Source: Chlorobiota bacterium (GTDB lineage: Bacteria > Bacteroidota > Bacteroidia > Bacteroidales > JAADJA01). Taken from it: a DNA stretch of 64,000 nucleotides. Positions 54,061-64,000 of the stretch are shown here, piece after piece. The translations under genes and the position numbers were made by a program. The notes beneath the pieces were generated by a model. It had not been told where the DNA came from. It did not search any database and worked only from the letters and a program-made list of their open reading frames with translations. Numbering within the stretch: the stretch's first letter is position 1; each line of letters begins with the position of its first letter. The DNA is taken from assembly GCA_013151015.1 (NCBI GenBank), contig JAADJA010000037.1, positions 5,310-69,309 on the forward strand, read 5' to 3'.

Positions 54061-54753
54061 ATGGCAAAAAAGAAAGACAACACAGAAGAACGGATAGTGG
54101 CCGTAGAGGAAGCACTCAGTAGTTCCGAACAGTTTATCGAAAAGAACCAACAGATCCTTACCTATATCGTGGGTGCTATCATTTTGATTATCCTTGCGTT
54201 CTTTGGGTATAAAAAGTATGTTATGGCACCCAAGGAGAAAGCCGCGGAAGTAGCTATCTTCAATGCACAATACTATTTTGAGCAGGATTCACTTGACCTG
54301 GCTTTGGATGGGGATGGTGTGAATTTAGGTTTTCTGGAAATAATCGATGATTATGGTTCAACAAAAGAAGGGAACCTTGCCAAATATTATGCTGGGATTT
54401 GTTATTTGAACAAAGGGGAATACGAAACAGCCATTGAATATCTCAAGAAATTCAGTTCCGACGATCAGGTACTTTCCAGCATGGCCCTGGGCGCAATTGG
54501 CGATTCATATATGCAATTGGGTGATGCGGATAAAGCAGTTGATTATTACATAAAGGCCGCCAATAAAAACAAAAATGATTTTGTTACCCCTGCATTTCTC
54601 GTAAAAGCCGGGTGGTCGTACGAAATTATGGGCAACTGGCAAAAAGCATTGGATACTTACGAAGGGATCAAGAAAGAATTCCCAAAAGCCAAAGAGTCGA
54701 GGGACATGGATAAATACATTGCCCGGGCCAAGGCTAATTTAGGTGAATTGTAA
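54061..54753 (+). CDS. Membrane-anchored tetratricopeptide repeat protein (YfgM-like)
   Basis: An N-terminal TM helix (ILTYIVGAIILIILAFFGY) followed by TPR-like helices (AKYYAGICYLNKGEYETAIEYLKK...GDSYMQLGDADKAVDYYIKA). Confidence 0.65.
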   Translation: MAKKKDNTEERIVAVEEALSSSEQFIEKNQQILTYIVGAIILIILAFFGYKKYVMAPKEKAAEVAIFNAQYYFEQDSLDLALDGDGVNLGFLEIIDDYGSTKEGNLAKYYAGICYLNKGEYETAIEYLKKFSSDDQVLSSMALGAIGDSYMQLGDADKAVDYYIKAANKNKNDFVTPAFLVKAGWSYEIMGNWQKALDTYEGIKKEFPKAKESRDMDKYIARAKANLGEL

Positions 54754-54809
54754 AAGAGATTGAAAAATCAGAAAGCCTGTTCGGATAGAGCAGGTTTTTT
54801 TTTGACCAA

Positions 54810-55778
54810 ATGAAAAAGCACACACGCATTGTTTTTATGGGAACGCCCGATTTTGCTGTTCCTTCCCTCGAAATACTTTTGAAGGAGGCTTATAATGTTG
54901 TGGGTGTTATTACCGCTCCCGATAAACCTGCCGGCAGGGGACGGAAAATCAAATTATCTGCGGTAAAGGAATTTGCCTTGGCGAAGGGGCTGCATATTAT
55001 ACAGCCAACGAATTTGAAGGATACTGGGTTTATTGCCGAACTTAAAAATTTAGAACCTGATCTTCAAATTGTGGTCGCCTTTAGGATGTTGCCCACTATG
55101 GTCTGGAAAATACCACCTCTCGGGACTTTTAATTTGCATGCGTCCCTGTTACCGCAATATCGTGGTGCAGCCCCCATCAACCATGCGATTATAAATGGGG
55201 AGAAGGAAACGGGCGTTACCACTTTCCTTATTGATGAAAAAATAGATACCGGACGGATACTGTTGCAGGAAAAAGTGCAGATCGAAAATGACGAAACCGC
55301 AGGAAGCCTTCATGATAAGTTAATGGATGTGGGAGGGGAACTGGTTTTAAAGACCGTGGAATCTATTTTAGAAGGAGGTGTGGAATCCTTTTCCCAATCA
55401 GGGCTTGCCCCAAATGATAGAATAAAGAATGCCCCCAAGATTTTCAAGGAGGATTGCAAAATCGACTGGGGGAAAACCTGTGTGGAAGTTGACCGGTTTA
55501 TCAGGGGCTTGAGTCCGTATCCCGGAGCATTTTCTTATATGGTTTCCCCAACCGGAAAAAAACACCTGTTTAAAGTGTTCAAGCCGAAACCATTTGTTTC
55601 TTCTGAAAACAAAGCTTCCCCATCAGTTGTTACGGATGGGAAATCATTCCTGAAATTCGGATGTGCCGATGGCTTTGTCCAAATTGATGAAATTCAATTT
55701 GAAGGTAAAAGACGGATGAAAACGGTGGATTTCTTAAGGGGATTTGCCCTCGATTCCAGTTGGATACTTGGAACCTGA
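54810..55778 (+). CDS. fmt: Methionyl-tRNA formyltransferase
   Basis: RIVFMGTPDFAVPSL, PDKPAGRG, the SLLP motif region NLHASLLPQYRGAAPI and a C-terminal domain. Confidence 0.9.
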   Translation: MKKHTRIVFMGTPDFAVPSLEILLKEAYNVVGVITAPDKPAGRGRKIKLSAVKEFALAKGLHIIQPTNLKDTGFIAELKNLEPDLQIVVAFRMLPTMVWKIPPLGTFNLHASLLPQYRGAAPINHAIINGEKETGVTTFLIDEKIDTGRILLQEKVQIENDETAGSLHDKLMDVGGELVLKTVESILEGGVESFSQSGLAPNDRIKNAPKIFKEDCKIDWGKTCVEVDRFIRGLSPYPGAFSYMVSPTGKKHLFKVFKPKPFVSSENKASPSVVTDGKSFLKFGCADGFVQIDEIQFEGKRRMKTVDFLRGFALDSSWILGT

Positions 55779-55905
55779 AATGAAAAATCCCCTGAAAAGC
55801 CTATTAATAAAGGGTTTTAGAGCCGTAGTTATTAACAAAACCCCTGAATTATTAACAAAATCAAGGGTTTTAGCGTTTTTCACTTGCATTTTTGTAGAAA
55901 TAGCC

Positions 55906-55913
55906 TATCTTTG
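55906..55913 (+). promoter_or_regulatory. -7 box TATCTTTG upstream of the HU gene
   Basis: TAnnTTTG match 32 nt before the ATG at 55945, with a TTG about 20 nt upstream. Confidence 0.5.
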
Positions 55914-55944
55914 CGAAGCATTAACCATTTAAAATATATATAAA

Positions 55945-56217
55945 ATGAACAAAGCAGAATTAATTGACGCAATGGCAGGAGACGCTGGTTTAACTAAAGC
56001 GGATGCCAAAAAAGCTTTGGATGCTTTTATCGGAGCAACCACTAAAGCACTTAAAAAAGGCGACAGGGTCGCTCTCGTTGGATTTGGTTCTTTTGGAGTA
56101 GCAAAACGTGCTGCAAGGACTGGTCGTAACCCACAAACAGGCAAAGAAATTAAAATTGCCGCTAAAAAAGTTGTTAAATTTAAAGCAGGTTCTGAACTCT
56201 CAGCTTCTGTAAAATAA
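55945..56217 (+). CDS. hup: HU family DNA-binding protein
   Basis: [11 protein letters not shown]...[37 protein letters not shown]. Confidence 0.95.
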   Translation: MNKAELIDAMAGDAGLTKADAKKALDAFIGATTKALKKGDRVALVGFGSFGVAKRAARTGRNPQTGKEIKIAAKKVVKFKAGSELSASVK

Positions 56218-56242
56218 ATTGACATCCTTTTGAAATTTTAAA

Positions 56243-56271
56243 GTCCCGGTTTAACGACCGGGATTTTTTTT
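56243..56271. terminator. Rho-independent terminator between convergent hup and mpg
   Basis: gtcccggtttaacgaccgggatttttttt: a stem tcccggt/accggga followed by T8. Confidence 0.8.
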
Positions 56272-56272
56272 G

Positions 56273-56902
56273 TCAAAATGCTGTTTTGATTAAATCTGGG
56301 TTTAGGCAATACCGATAAGGCAACAATGCATCCTTTCCTGCATAATCCACCCCGATCCGTGGCCCGGCGATAATATCGCTTTTATCTATTAGGACACGTG
56401 GTTTTTCTATCCAGATTTTGTTTCCAGTTAAACTCTCCCCTGTATTGGATACCTGGATTCCAAGTGCCCTGGACAGTTTTCCGGGGCCGTTGGTGGCCCT
56501 ATGGCCGAATTGTTTCTTCCCTGTCCTATGTTTCATGGTTTCGGTTCCATCCGTTGGGTAAATAGCCCGTACAAGGACAGCATCGGGGATTCCTTCGATA
56601 TTGGTCACCACGTTAAAAAGATGGTGCATGCCGTAACACAAATAGACGTACGCATGTCCCCCTTCCCCGAACATGATTTCCGTCCTTGCGGTTCGCCGAT
56701 TGTTGTAGGCGTGTGAAGCTTTGTCGGTGATGCCTTCATAGGCTTCGGTTTCCGTAATTATCCCCGATGTCAATTTCCCATCCTTAAAACTGCACAGCTT
56801 TGTGCCGATCAATTCACGGGCAATTTGGGTAACAGATTCCTGTTGGTAGAAAGAGAGAGGTAGTTTGTCGGATTTTGATTTCATTACGTCTTTGCGAAGC
56901 AT
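56273..56902 (-). CDS. mpg: DNA-3-methyladenine glycosylase (Mpg/AAG family)
   Basis: LPLSFYQQESVTQIARELIGTKL...GIITETEAYEG..DKASHAY.NRRT.RTEIMFGEGGHAYVYLCYGMHHLFNVVT. The start is taken at ATG 56902 (alternative 56884). The longer track ORF adds an implausible Cys-rich leader. Confidence 0.85.
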   Translation of the reverse strand: MLRKDVMKSKSDKLPLSFYQQESVTQIARELIGTKLCSFKDGKLTSGIITETEAYEGITDKASHAYNNRRTARTEIMFGEGGHAYVYLCYGMHHLFNVVTNIEGIPDAVLVRAIYPTDGTETMKHRTGKKQFGHRATNGPGKLSRALGIQVSNTGESLTGNKIWIEKPRVLIDKSDIIAGPRIGVDYAGKDALLPYRYCLNPDLIKTAF

Positions 56903-57050
56903 TTTAGGTTGGCATCGTTGTGGGAAATACTGTGGCGATCTGCCGGTTTTAAGGACTGTCCCGTTCAACGGACAGATTGCCACAATACACACGTACAGAG
57001 GTCAACCTATCAGTATTTTGCAATGACATGATACCCTGAACAACTGCATA

Positions 57051-58298
57051 TTAATCAAGTTTATGCACAACCAAACCGCTTCTTAATTTCGGTTCGAACC
57101 AGGTCGTTTTTGGAGGCATGATATTACCGCTGTCGGCAATATTGATCAATTGCTTCATGGATACGGGATAAAGTGCAAAGGCCACTTTCATCTCACCACT
57201 GTCAACCCGTTTGCTTAGTTCTTCCAGGCCACGGATGCCGCCTACGAAATCAATCCTTTGTGAGGTCCTTAAATCCTGAATGTCCAATAGAGGACCCAGG
57301 ACTTGTTCCGATAGGATAGTGACATCCAATACGCCGATTGGGTCATTGTCGTCATAGGTTCCTTCTTTTGCCGTGAGCAAGTACCATTTTCCATCAAGGT
57401 ACATACTGAAATTGTGCAGGCTTTCGGGCTTGAATATTTCAGCCCCTTTTTCTTCAACATCAAAGGAATTGCCCAGCTTTTCGATAAATTCGCCATTGGC
57501 CATCCCGTTCAGGTCCTTTACCACACGGTTGTAGTCAATAATGGTCAATTGGTCATCGGGGAAATGAACGGCAAGGAAGAAATTGTATTCTTCATCCCCT
57601 GTGTGATTTGGGTTTGCGGCCCTTTTTTCTTTTCCAACAAGTGCGGCAGCCGCTGTCCTGTGATGGCCATCGGCAACGTAAGTACTTGGTATTTCGGCAA
57701 AATACGCAGTGATTTTTTGGATGGTGCCTGAATCTTTTATCACCCAAAAGTGGTGTCCCACTCCATCATCGGCCACGAAATCATACACCGGGGCATTGTC
57801 CAACACGAAGTCCTTGATAAGTTTGTCCATTTCCTCATGGGCAGGGTAGGAGAAGAAAACCGGTTCCAGGTTGGCATTGTTCACGCGCACATGTTTCATC
57901 CTGTCCTCTTCTTTGTCAGGACGTGTGAGTTCATGTTTCTTGATCACATTGTTCAGGTAGTCATCTACCGAAGCGCAACCCACAATCCCATACTGGGTTT
58001 TCCCAAACATGGTTTGGCCATATATATAAAGGTAGTCTTCGGTATCCTGGACCAGCCATCCCTTTTCCTGGAATTTGTCAAAATTCTCCCTTGCTTTTTG
58101 ATAAACCACATCGTCGTGAACATCAATTTCAGGGGAAAGGTCAATTTCCGGTTTGATAATATGCAAAAGGGACAAATTATTTCCTTTTGCTTCTTCACGT
58201 GCTTCATCCGAGTTTAGTACATCATAGGGGCGCGAAGCAACTTGTTTGGCCAAATCAGCAGGTGGCCTTAATCCTTTGAATGCTTTTAGTATTGCCAT
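57051..58298 (-). CDS. DUF1015 domain-containing protein
   Basis: The start is set at MAILKAFKGLRPP. Supporting motifs are SRPYDVL, LTRPDKEEDR..H and YVADGHHRTAAA. Confidence 0.8.
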   Translation of the reverse strand: MAILKAFKGLRPPADLAKQVASRPYDVLNSDEAREEAKGNNLSLLHIIKPEIDLSPEIDVHDDVVYQKARENFDKFQEKGWLVQDTEDYLYIYGQTMFGKTQYGIVGCASVDDYLNNVIKKHELTRPDKEEDRMKHVRVNNANLEPVFFSYPAHEEMDKLIKDFVLDNAPVYDFVADDGVGHHFWVIKDSGTIQKITAYFAEIPSTYVADGHHRTAAAALVGKEKRAANPNHTGDEEYNFFLAVHFPDDQLTIIDYNRVVKDLNGMANGEFIEKLGNSFDVEEKGAEIFKPESLHNFSMYLDGKWYLLTAKEGTYDDNDPIGVLDVTILSEQVLGPLLDIQDLRTSQRIDFVGGIRGLEELSKRVDSGEMKVAFALYPVSMKQLINIADSGNIMPPKTTWFEPKLRSGLVVHKLD

Positions 58299-58337
58299 TT
58301 TATTGCGTTTGTTGATGTTTTTTATAATATTATTGTC

Positions 58338-58380
58338 CATTGTCCTTGACGTTTCCAGATCGTTCCGACTCTGGAAGGTC
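58338..58380. repeat. Hairpin-unit repeat adjacent to four-helix-bundle gene 2 (related to 30644..30720)
   Basis: attgtccttgacgtttccagatcgttccgactctggaaggtc has the stem ttccag/ctggaa and ends 5 nt from the 4HB stop codon. Confidence 0.75.
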
Positions 58381-58385
58381 ATGGC

Positions 58386-58859
58386 CTAATAATTCCTGAC
58401 CTCAATGGGTTCGGATGGTGTATATTCATTTCCATTTACAGCTTCCTCACGCTTATTTGGTTTGTTGTAACTGCCGTTTGTCCTTTGTAAGGAGCCGATT
58501 AAGGCACCCAGCATTTTTGTCATTTCCATCAATTGGTTCCTCGATTCTTCAATCATGGATTCCGTCATATAGTTTTGTTTTTCGGCCACACTCGTGAAAA
58601 CCACACATTCCCTCACCGAACTTTTGGCCATTTTAAGGTAATAAACAAACTGGCTTTTGTTCCGGGCCGAGCCTTCGGCGATGTACAATGAAATAGCTTG
58701 CGATGCCGCAATAAACCTCGATTTAAGGTCCCTTGAATGCTCATCGGGGAAAAGTATGGTGGCATTGTAAACCCAATCAATATAATCAAGCGATTTGTGA
58801 TAAATCCGTAAGTCTTCAAATCTGAAGAAAGTTACGTTCTTAGTAGAGTCATTTTCCAT
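58386..58859 (-). CDS. Four-helix-bundle protein (23S rRNA IVS protein / Avd-like family) with C-terminal tail
   Basis: FEDLRIYHKSLDYIDWVYNATILFPDEHSRDLKSRFIAASQAISLYIAEGSARNKSQFVYYLKMAKSSVRECVVF. Confidence 0.8.
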   Translation of the reverse strand: MENDSTKNVTFFRFEDLRIYHKSLDYIDWVYNATILFPDEHSRDLKSRFIAASQAISLYIAEGSARNKSQFVYYLKMAKSSVRECVVFTSVAEKQNYMTESMIEESRNQLMEMTKMLGALIGSLQRTNGSYNKPNKREEAVNGNEYTPSEPIEVRNY

Positions 58860-58989
58860 AAGTCGGTTCTTTTAAGATTAAAAATAAGTTCTATTGGTTG
58901 TTGCAATCTTGTTAAATTGGAATAAAAAAATACCGGAAGGGGAACAGGGTTTTTATCCCCCTCCTTGATTTTCCATATTCAGTAATTTA

Positions 58990-59910
58990 TTAGTTGACTT
59001 TAAAACGGGTATCCCCTTTTTCAAGGAAACCCACAATTTGGGTCGCTGCTGCGATTCCTGCATTGATGTTCGCTTCTGCGGTTTGTGCCCCCATTTTTTT
59101 CGGGGTGAAGAAAAACCTGCCCTCATATTTTTCGGCAATTTCATCTTTGCAGTCGGGTGCAATATCGGAGAGGTAATTAAAATCGGGCCTTTCTTCAAAT
59201 ATTGTGAGCAGGCTTTCTTCGTCAATAACTTCTTTCCGGGCAGTGTTCACGAGGGTTGCGCCTTCGGGCATCAGGGACAATAACCCGGAATTGATCGAGT
59301 TTTTTGTTTTTTCGTTTGCGGGGATGTGCAATGAAATATACTGACAGTTCGAATATAATTCCTCTACTGTATCAACGGCTTTTGCGCCCATACTCTCAAT
59401 TTTTTCTTTTGGGATAAACGGATCGAAAGCATAAACCTCCATTCCAAAGCCCATTGCAATTTTCCCAACGAGTTGGCCAACATGCCCATAAGCATGGATC
59501 CCTATTTTTTTCCCTTTCAGTTCCGTTCCTGCTGTTCCGTTGAACTGGTTCCGTGCCTGGAAAACGATCATCCCGAGTGCAAGTTCGGCCACGGCATTTG
59601 AATTCTGTCCCGGAGTGTTCATGGCCACCACATTGTTTGCGGTTGCGGCCTCTAAGTCGATATTGTCGTACCCGGCACCGGCCCGTACGATGATTTTCAG
59701 GTTTTTTCCTGCCTCGATTACCTCTTTGGTGGCTTTGTCGCTTCTGATGATTACAGCATCTGCATCGGAAATGGCGTTTTTGAAATCGTCCTGGGATCCG
59801 TATTTTTCGAGTACCTCAAAGGCATATCCCGCTTTTGTCACTATTTCACGGATATTGTCCACTGCAACGGGTGCGAAGGGTTTAACGGTTGCAACTAATA
59901 CTTTTGTCAT
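58990..59910 (-). CDS. serA: D-3-phosphoglycerate dehydrogenase-type 2-hydroxyacid dehydrogenase
   Basis: 306 aa: GAGYDNID, an NAD-binding GIHAYGHVGQLV, and HIP...T. It lies adjacent to serC. Confidence 0.8.
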   Translation of the reverse strand: MTKVLVATVKPFAPVAVDNIREIVTKAGYAFEVLEKYGSQDDFKNAISDADAVIIRSDKATKEVIEAGKNLKIIVRAGAGYDNIDLEAATANNVVAMNTPGQNSNAVAELALGMIVFQARNQFNGTAGTELKGKKIGIHAYGHVGQLVGKIAMGFGMEVYAFDPFIPKEKIESMGAKAVDTVEELYSNCQYISLHIPANEKTKNSINSGLLSLMPEGATLVNTARKEVIDEESLLTIFEERPDFNYLSDIAPDCKDEIAEKYEGRFFFTPKKMGAQTAEANINAGIAAATQIVGFLEKGDTRFKVN

Positions 59911-59921
59911 TTTAGTTTGTT

Positions 59922-60989
59922 TTAATGTGAATTTTCAAATTCTTTCATTGCGGCCACCAATGCTCCCACGCTTTCTATTGGAAGTGCATTATAGGTCGAT
60001 GCCCTGAAACCGCCCACGGAACGATGGCCTTTTATCCCGACCATCCCTTTGGAAGTGGCAAAATCGAAGAAATCGGCTTCCAGGTCTTTGTATTCCTCTT
60101 TCATGACGAAACAGATGTTCATCAAGGAGCGGTCTTCTTCGGCAACAGTGCCCACAAACAATTTGTTCCTGTCGATTTCATCGTAAAGCAGTCGTGCTTT
60201 CTCAATATTTTTCTTTTCCATTGCAGCAATGCCACCATTGTCCTTCAGCCACTTTAATGTTTGCAACGCAGCATAAACAGGTACTACCGGAGGTGTGTTG
60301 AACATGGAGCCTTTATCAATATGAGTTTGGTAATTGAGCATGGTGGGAATGGCCCGGTCAACTTTGCCCAAAATGTCATTTTTGATAATGATAAAGGTAA
60401 CACCGGCGGGAGCAAGGTTTTTCTGGGCACCGCCATAAATCATTGCATATTTTGAAACATCGACCGGACGGCTGAAAATATCCGATGACATATCGGCAAC
60501 CAGTGGGATCGGGCAATCAATATCTTTTCTGATTTCTGTTCCATAAATTGTGTTATTGGTTGTAATATGGAAATAATCTGCATCCGTTGGGATTGTATAT
60601 CCTTTGGGAACATAGTTGAAAGTAGTTTCTTCGGAAGTGGCGACCACATCCACTTCACCAAATAATTTGGCCTCTTTGATGGCTTTTTTCGCCCATGCCC
60701 CCGTGTTAAGGTAGGCGGATTTTTTGTTCATAAGGTTATAAGGGATCATGGCAAACTGTGTGCTGGCACCTCCTCCAAGGAAAACCACCGAATAACCTTC
60801 GGGAATATCGAGAAGTTCTTTGAACAATGCCTGGGCTTCGTCCATTACGGCCACGAATTGTTTGCTGCGGTGGGATATTTCCATCAACGACAAACCCATG
60901 CCCGCAAAATCCTTGATTGCGGCGGCTGTGTTTTCAATGGTGTATTGAGGTAGGATTGAAGGCCCTGCATAAAAATTATGTTTTTTCAT
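59922..60989 (-). CDS. serC: 3-phosphoserine/phosphohydroxythreonine aminotransferase
   Basis: 355 aa: [37 protein letters not shown] and GG.RAS.YNA. Confidence 0.9.
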   Translation of the reverse strand: MKKHNFYAGPSILPQYTIENTAAAIKDFAGMGLSLMEISHRSKQFVAVMDEAQALFKELLDIPEGYSVVFLGGGASTQFAMIPYNLMNKKSAYLNTGAWAKKAIKEAKLFGEVDVVATSEETTFNYVPKGYTIPTDADYFHITTNNTIYGTEIRKDIDCPIPLVADMSSDIFSRPVDVSKYAMIYGGAQKNLAPAGVTFIIIKNDILGKVDRAIPTMLNYQTHIDKGSMFNTPPVVPVYAALQTLKWLKDNGGIAAMEKKNIEKARLLYDEIDRNKLFVGTVAEEDRSLMNICFVMKEEYKDLEADFFDFATSKGMVGIKGHRSVGGFRASTYNALPIESVGALVAAMKEFENSH

Positions 60990-61087
60990 CTCTCTATATT
61001 TTTAAGTGAATTAAAATAAATCTCTGTTTTTTCTGAATGAAGGCAAAAATATAATAATCTTGTGATATATATACCAAAAGAGAATAT

Positions 61088-61095
61088 TAATTTTG
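61088..61095 (+). promoter_or_regulatory. -7 box TAATTTTG upstream of the acyl-CoA reductase gene
   Basis: TAnnTTTG match 27 nt before the ATG at 61122. It lies inside the longer track ORF, which argues for the shorter start. Confidence 0.45.
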
Positions 61096-61121
61096 CCGCC
61101 AACGTAATTTGGAACGAATAT

Positions 61122-62165
61122 ATGGTAAAACTTGAAAAGAGGGTACGCGCATTTGTGAAACTTGGTTTACTGCTTTCCGGAAATAGCAATGAGTCTGGGA
61201 TTGGTAACGGCTATTTTGAACAGGCGATTAATGAAGCCAGAATAAGAAACCCCTGGTTCATTGAGGAAAATATAAGATATTCTTTATCAGCTCTTGGTGA
61301 AAGCCTGAATGAAGAGGATATCCTGAAATGGATAGAACCCTATAAAGCGGATTTGACAAAGGTGAAACCCGAAAAAACAGTTGGGACAGTAATGGCCGGG
61401 AATATACCAATTGTGGGGTTTCATGATTTTTTGTGCGTATTGATGGCCGGACATAAAATCCAGGCAAAGCTTTCTTCGGATGATAATGTCTTGATGCCGG
61501 CAATTGCCCGTTTATTGGTTGATATCGAACCTGATTTTGAAAATAATATTGAGCTTGTGGCAGGTAGGCTTCAGGGCTTTGATGCAATCATTGCAACGGG
61601 AAGCGGCAACACATCAAGGTATTTTGAATATTATTTTGGGAAATATCCCCATATAATCCGAAAAAACAGGAACGGCGTTGCCGTGCTAACAGGAAATGAA
61701 ACCAAAGGGGATTTGAAAAACCTGGGCCGGGATATTTTCATGTATTTTGGTTTGGGTTGCCGGAGTATTTCAAAGGTTTTTGTCCCCGAGGGATATTTGT
61801 TCGATGGTTTCTTTGAAGCAATTTCCGATTTTGAAGAAGTCAAGAACCACAATAAATATTTTAACAATTACGAATATTACCGTTCCATCTATCTTATCAA
61901 CAGTGTGGATCATTTCGACAATGGATTTTTAATGGTAAAAAACGATCCGGGTTATTCATCACCACCTTCGGTCTTGTTCTCAGAAGTTTATGGCAATTTA
62001 GATGAACTCCAAAATAAGCTCATATTGGACAAGGAACAGATTCAGTGTATTGTGGGAAATGAAACTGTCTTGAAAGGTGCTGTTCCTTTCGGCAACGGGC
62101 AAAATCCCGGACTCTGGGATTATGCCGATGGTGTGGATACGATGGCTTTTCTAATTGGATTGTAG
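61122..62165 (+). CDS. Acyl-CoA reductase (LuxC-like) family protein
   Basis: About 347 aa. The pattern is ...NPWF........L..........W.......VG.VMAGNIPIVGFHDF.....GH....KLSS.D. Confidence 0.6.
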   Translation: MVKLEKRVRAFVKLGLLLSGNSNESGIGNGYFEQAINEARIRNPWFIEENIRYSLSALGESLNEEDILKWIEPYKADLTKVKPEKTVGTVMAGNIPIVGFHDFLCVLMAGHKIQAKLSSDDNVLMPAIARLLVDIEPDFENNIELVAGRLQGFDAIIATGSGNTSRYFEYYFGKYPHIIRKNRNGVAVLTGNETKGDLKNLGRDIFMYFGLGCRSISKVFVPEGYLFDGFFEAISDFEEVKNHNKYFNNYEYYRSIYLINSVDHFDNGFLMVKNDPGYSSPPSVLFSEVYGNLDELQNKLILDKEQIQCIVGNETVLKGAVPFGNGQNPGLWDYADGVDTMAFLIGL

Positions 62166-62308
62166 AATCGCAATTTCCCCACTTTATGCTTGTATTCAAA
62201 TAACCTTCTTCCCTTCTTCACGTATCAATTTTGGGTTATGACAGATATGTCTTTAGGAAATCCATGGTTATTTCCCTAATTTATAAACCTGTCTAACTAA
62301 GTTTTAAA

Positions 62309-62316
62309 TATTTTTG
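62309..62316 (+). promoter_or_regulatory. -7 box TATTTTTG upstream of the OmpA-family gene
   Basis: TAnnTTTG match 23 nt before the ATG at 62339. Confidence 0.45.
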
Positions 62317-62338
62317 CCCCAAATTAAAGAATCGTATC

Positions 62339-63640
62339 ATGAAAAAGATTTTACCGGTAATTGCTTTGTGCATCGTATTTATAGTACCCGTTAAGGATTC
62401 CTGTTCACAGGTGAAGGTGGATGTGGAAGGGAAGGTGGTTAATGAAGCCGATAACAGGGCCAACTCAAAAACCGACCAGGCAATTGACAAAGGTTTCGAT
62501 GCAATTGAAAATGGGATCGGCAGTTTGTTCGGGAAAAAGAAAAAGAAGAACAAGGTGGAGGGAAAACCTGAGGTTAAGGATAATGCACCGAGTTCTGGAA
62601 GTAGGCATGCACAAGAGAATAATTCATCTGAGAAAAGCGGTGAAGAAGTAGAGGAAGCAAAGGGCACATCCCCTGTCGTCAATTGGTCAAAATATGATTT
62701 TGTGCCAGGCGACGAGGTGATTTTTGAGGATGGCCCTTCCAAGGATGAGGAAAACGGGGAGTTCCCAAGTCGATGGGATTTATTTAAGGGCTCTGCTGAA
62801 ATCGGCGAGATGGACGGCGAACCGGTAATTATGTTTTTAGATGGTGGGGGTTCTATTATACCTTACCTTAAAAATTCCAACGAGGACTATTTGCCCGAAG
62901 TTTTCACAATGGAATTTGATGCCTACTTTGAACCGGGAAGCCACTTTAATAGATATTGGGTAACTTTACAGGACAATAAAAATCAGTGGAACAAAGGACT
63001 AAATAAACAAATGGAAGTTTATGTTAATGGGATAGGGTTTATGAACACCGATAAAAGATACCCTGGAAATGAAAAGTACAATTGGGGCGATAACCCGGTG
63101 GGGGGATGGAAACATATTTCCATAGCATACACAAAAGGTAAATTCAAAGCTTACATGGACGATACGCGATTGATAAATATCCCGCATTTGGAAGGAAATC
63201 CGTGGGGCATAACCATTGAAGCAGAGAATGGCAATATGTTTATCAAAAACATTCGTATTGCAAAAGGCGGCGTAAAGTATTACGACCGTGTTTTGAGTGA
63301 TGGGAAAATCATCGTGAACGGGATTCGTTTTGATGTGAACAAAGCCACGATCAAACCCGAGTCGATGGGGGCGATCAATAAGATTTACAAAATATTGAAC
63401 CAACACCCCGATTTGAAGTTCAGTATAGAAGGCCATACGGACGGTGATGGCGACGAAGCCACCAACCTGAAGCTATCAGAGGAACGCGCCAAAGCAGTCA
63501 TGGATAAATTGATCTCCATGGGCATTGCTGCCAACAGGCTTTCCTACAAAGGCTATGGTGAAAGCAAACCTTTATATCCCAATACAACTGCCGAAGGAAA
63601 GGCCAACAACCGCCGTGTGGAGTTTGTGAAGAAGGGATAA
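62339..63640 (+). CDS. OmpA family protein (C-terminal OmpA/peptidoglycan-binding domain)
   Basis: A signal peptide and a Lys/Glu-rich linker, then the C-terminus FDVNKATIKPES...LKFSIEGHTDGDGDEATNLKLSEERAKAV...GYGESKPL.....EGKA.NRRVEF. Confidence 0.85.
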   Translation: MKKILPVIALCIVFIVPVKDSCSQVKVDVEGKVVNEADNRANSKTDQAIDKGFDAIENGIGSLFGKKKKKNKVEGKPEVKDNAPSSGSRHAQENNSSEKSGEEVEEAKGTSPVVNWSKYDFVPGDEVIFEDGPSKDEENGEFPSRWDLFKGSAEIGEMDGEPVIMFLDGGGSIIPYLKNSNEDYLPEVFTMEFDAYFEPGSHFNRYWVTLQDNKNQWNKGLNKQMEVYVNGIGFMNTDKRYPGNEKYNWGDNPVGGWKHISIAYTKGKFKAYMDDTRLINIPHLEGNPWGITIEAENGNMFIKNIRIAKGGVKYYDRVLSDGKIIVNGIRFDVNKATIKPESMGAINKIYKILNQHPDLKFSIEGHTDGDGDEATNLKLSEERAKAVMDKLISMGIAANRLSYKGYGESKPLYPNTTAEGKANNRRVEFVKKG

Positions 63641-63868
63641 TTCAATTATTGGGTATTGTGCCACCACATGACCCCCGTCCCGGATCCTGGAAAGTCCCTC
63701 GCATCAGGTGAAAGCGTTTAGGTTTGTTGCAATGTTTTGGGAGTGCCCTTGGTTTTTCCAATTTCCGGTATGAACCTTATTTGAAAAATTGCGTTATAAA
63801 AAACCATATTATTGTTTTGTAAGTTCGGGCCAATATCTATATTTGCCGATTATTTATATCAAAGTTAA

Positions 63869-64000
<132 letters not shown>

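Overview
This window looks like a Bacteroidota chromosomal segment. Many genes are preceded by TAnnTTTG -7 boxes, two proteins carry T9SS C-terminal sorting domains, and several DUF families typical of the phylum are present. I support about 57 protein-coding genes and found no rRNA, tRNA, CRISPR array, transposase or integrase.

Most of the window is housekeeping:
- A beta-oxidation operon (marR, fadN-like, thiolase, acyl-CoA dehydrogenase), with a fadD-like ligase elsewhere.
- A homogentisate pathway cluster (hmgA, hppD, fahA).
- serC, serA and a DUF1015 gene.
- argS, fmt, HU, trmH, lpxD, mpg and the start of gmd.

The parts I think deserve attention:
1. **41.3-49.4 kb cluster.** It contains a DUF547/beta-barrel fusion, a fatty-acid-hydroxylase-family protein, a secreted rhodanese, an ArsS-type radical SAM protein, a PAS-sigma54 activator, a thioredoxin and a DUF2064/TIGR04282-type transferase. 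A near-identical -24/-12-like motif sits in front of several of these genes. No arsM is present.
2. **HK, RR, T9SS protein and two mini-proteins.** A co-oriented TPR histidine kinase, LuxR-type response regulator, LamG/T9SS protein and two paralogous mini-proteins. Two 21-bp direct repeats sit upstream of the secreted protein.
3. **A translationally coupled PP-loop protein / MurD-like ligase pair** outside any dcw context. It looks like MurL/MurD2.
4. **Three small IVS-protein-type genes** (two four-helix-bundle, one GxxExxY) wedged into operon spacers and bracketed by hairpins or inverted repeats.
5. **Several families of word-like hairpin repeats** in intergenic DNA.
6. **Decaying toxin-antitoxin-like modules:** a zeta-like ATPase with an in-frame TGA, a DUF4160 gene with ATA in place of the canonical ATG, and a frameshifted antitoxin.
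7. **A THX ribosomal protein** with a long lysine-rich tail.

All functional calls come from my own recognition of motifs in the translations. No database searches were run.
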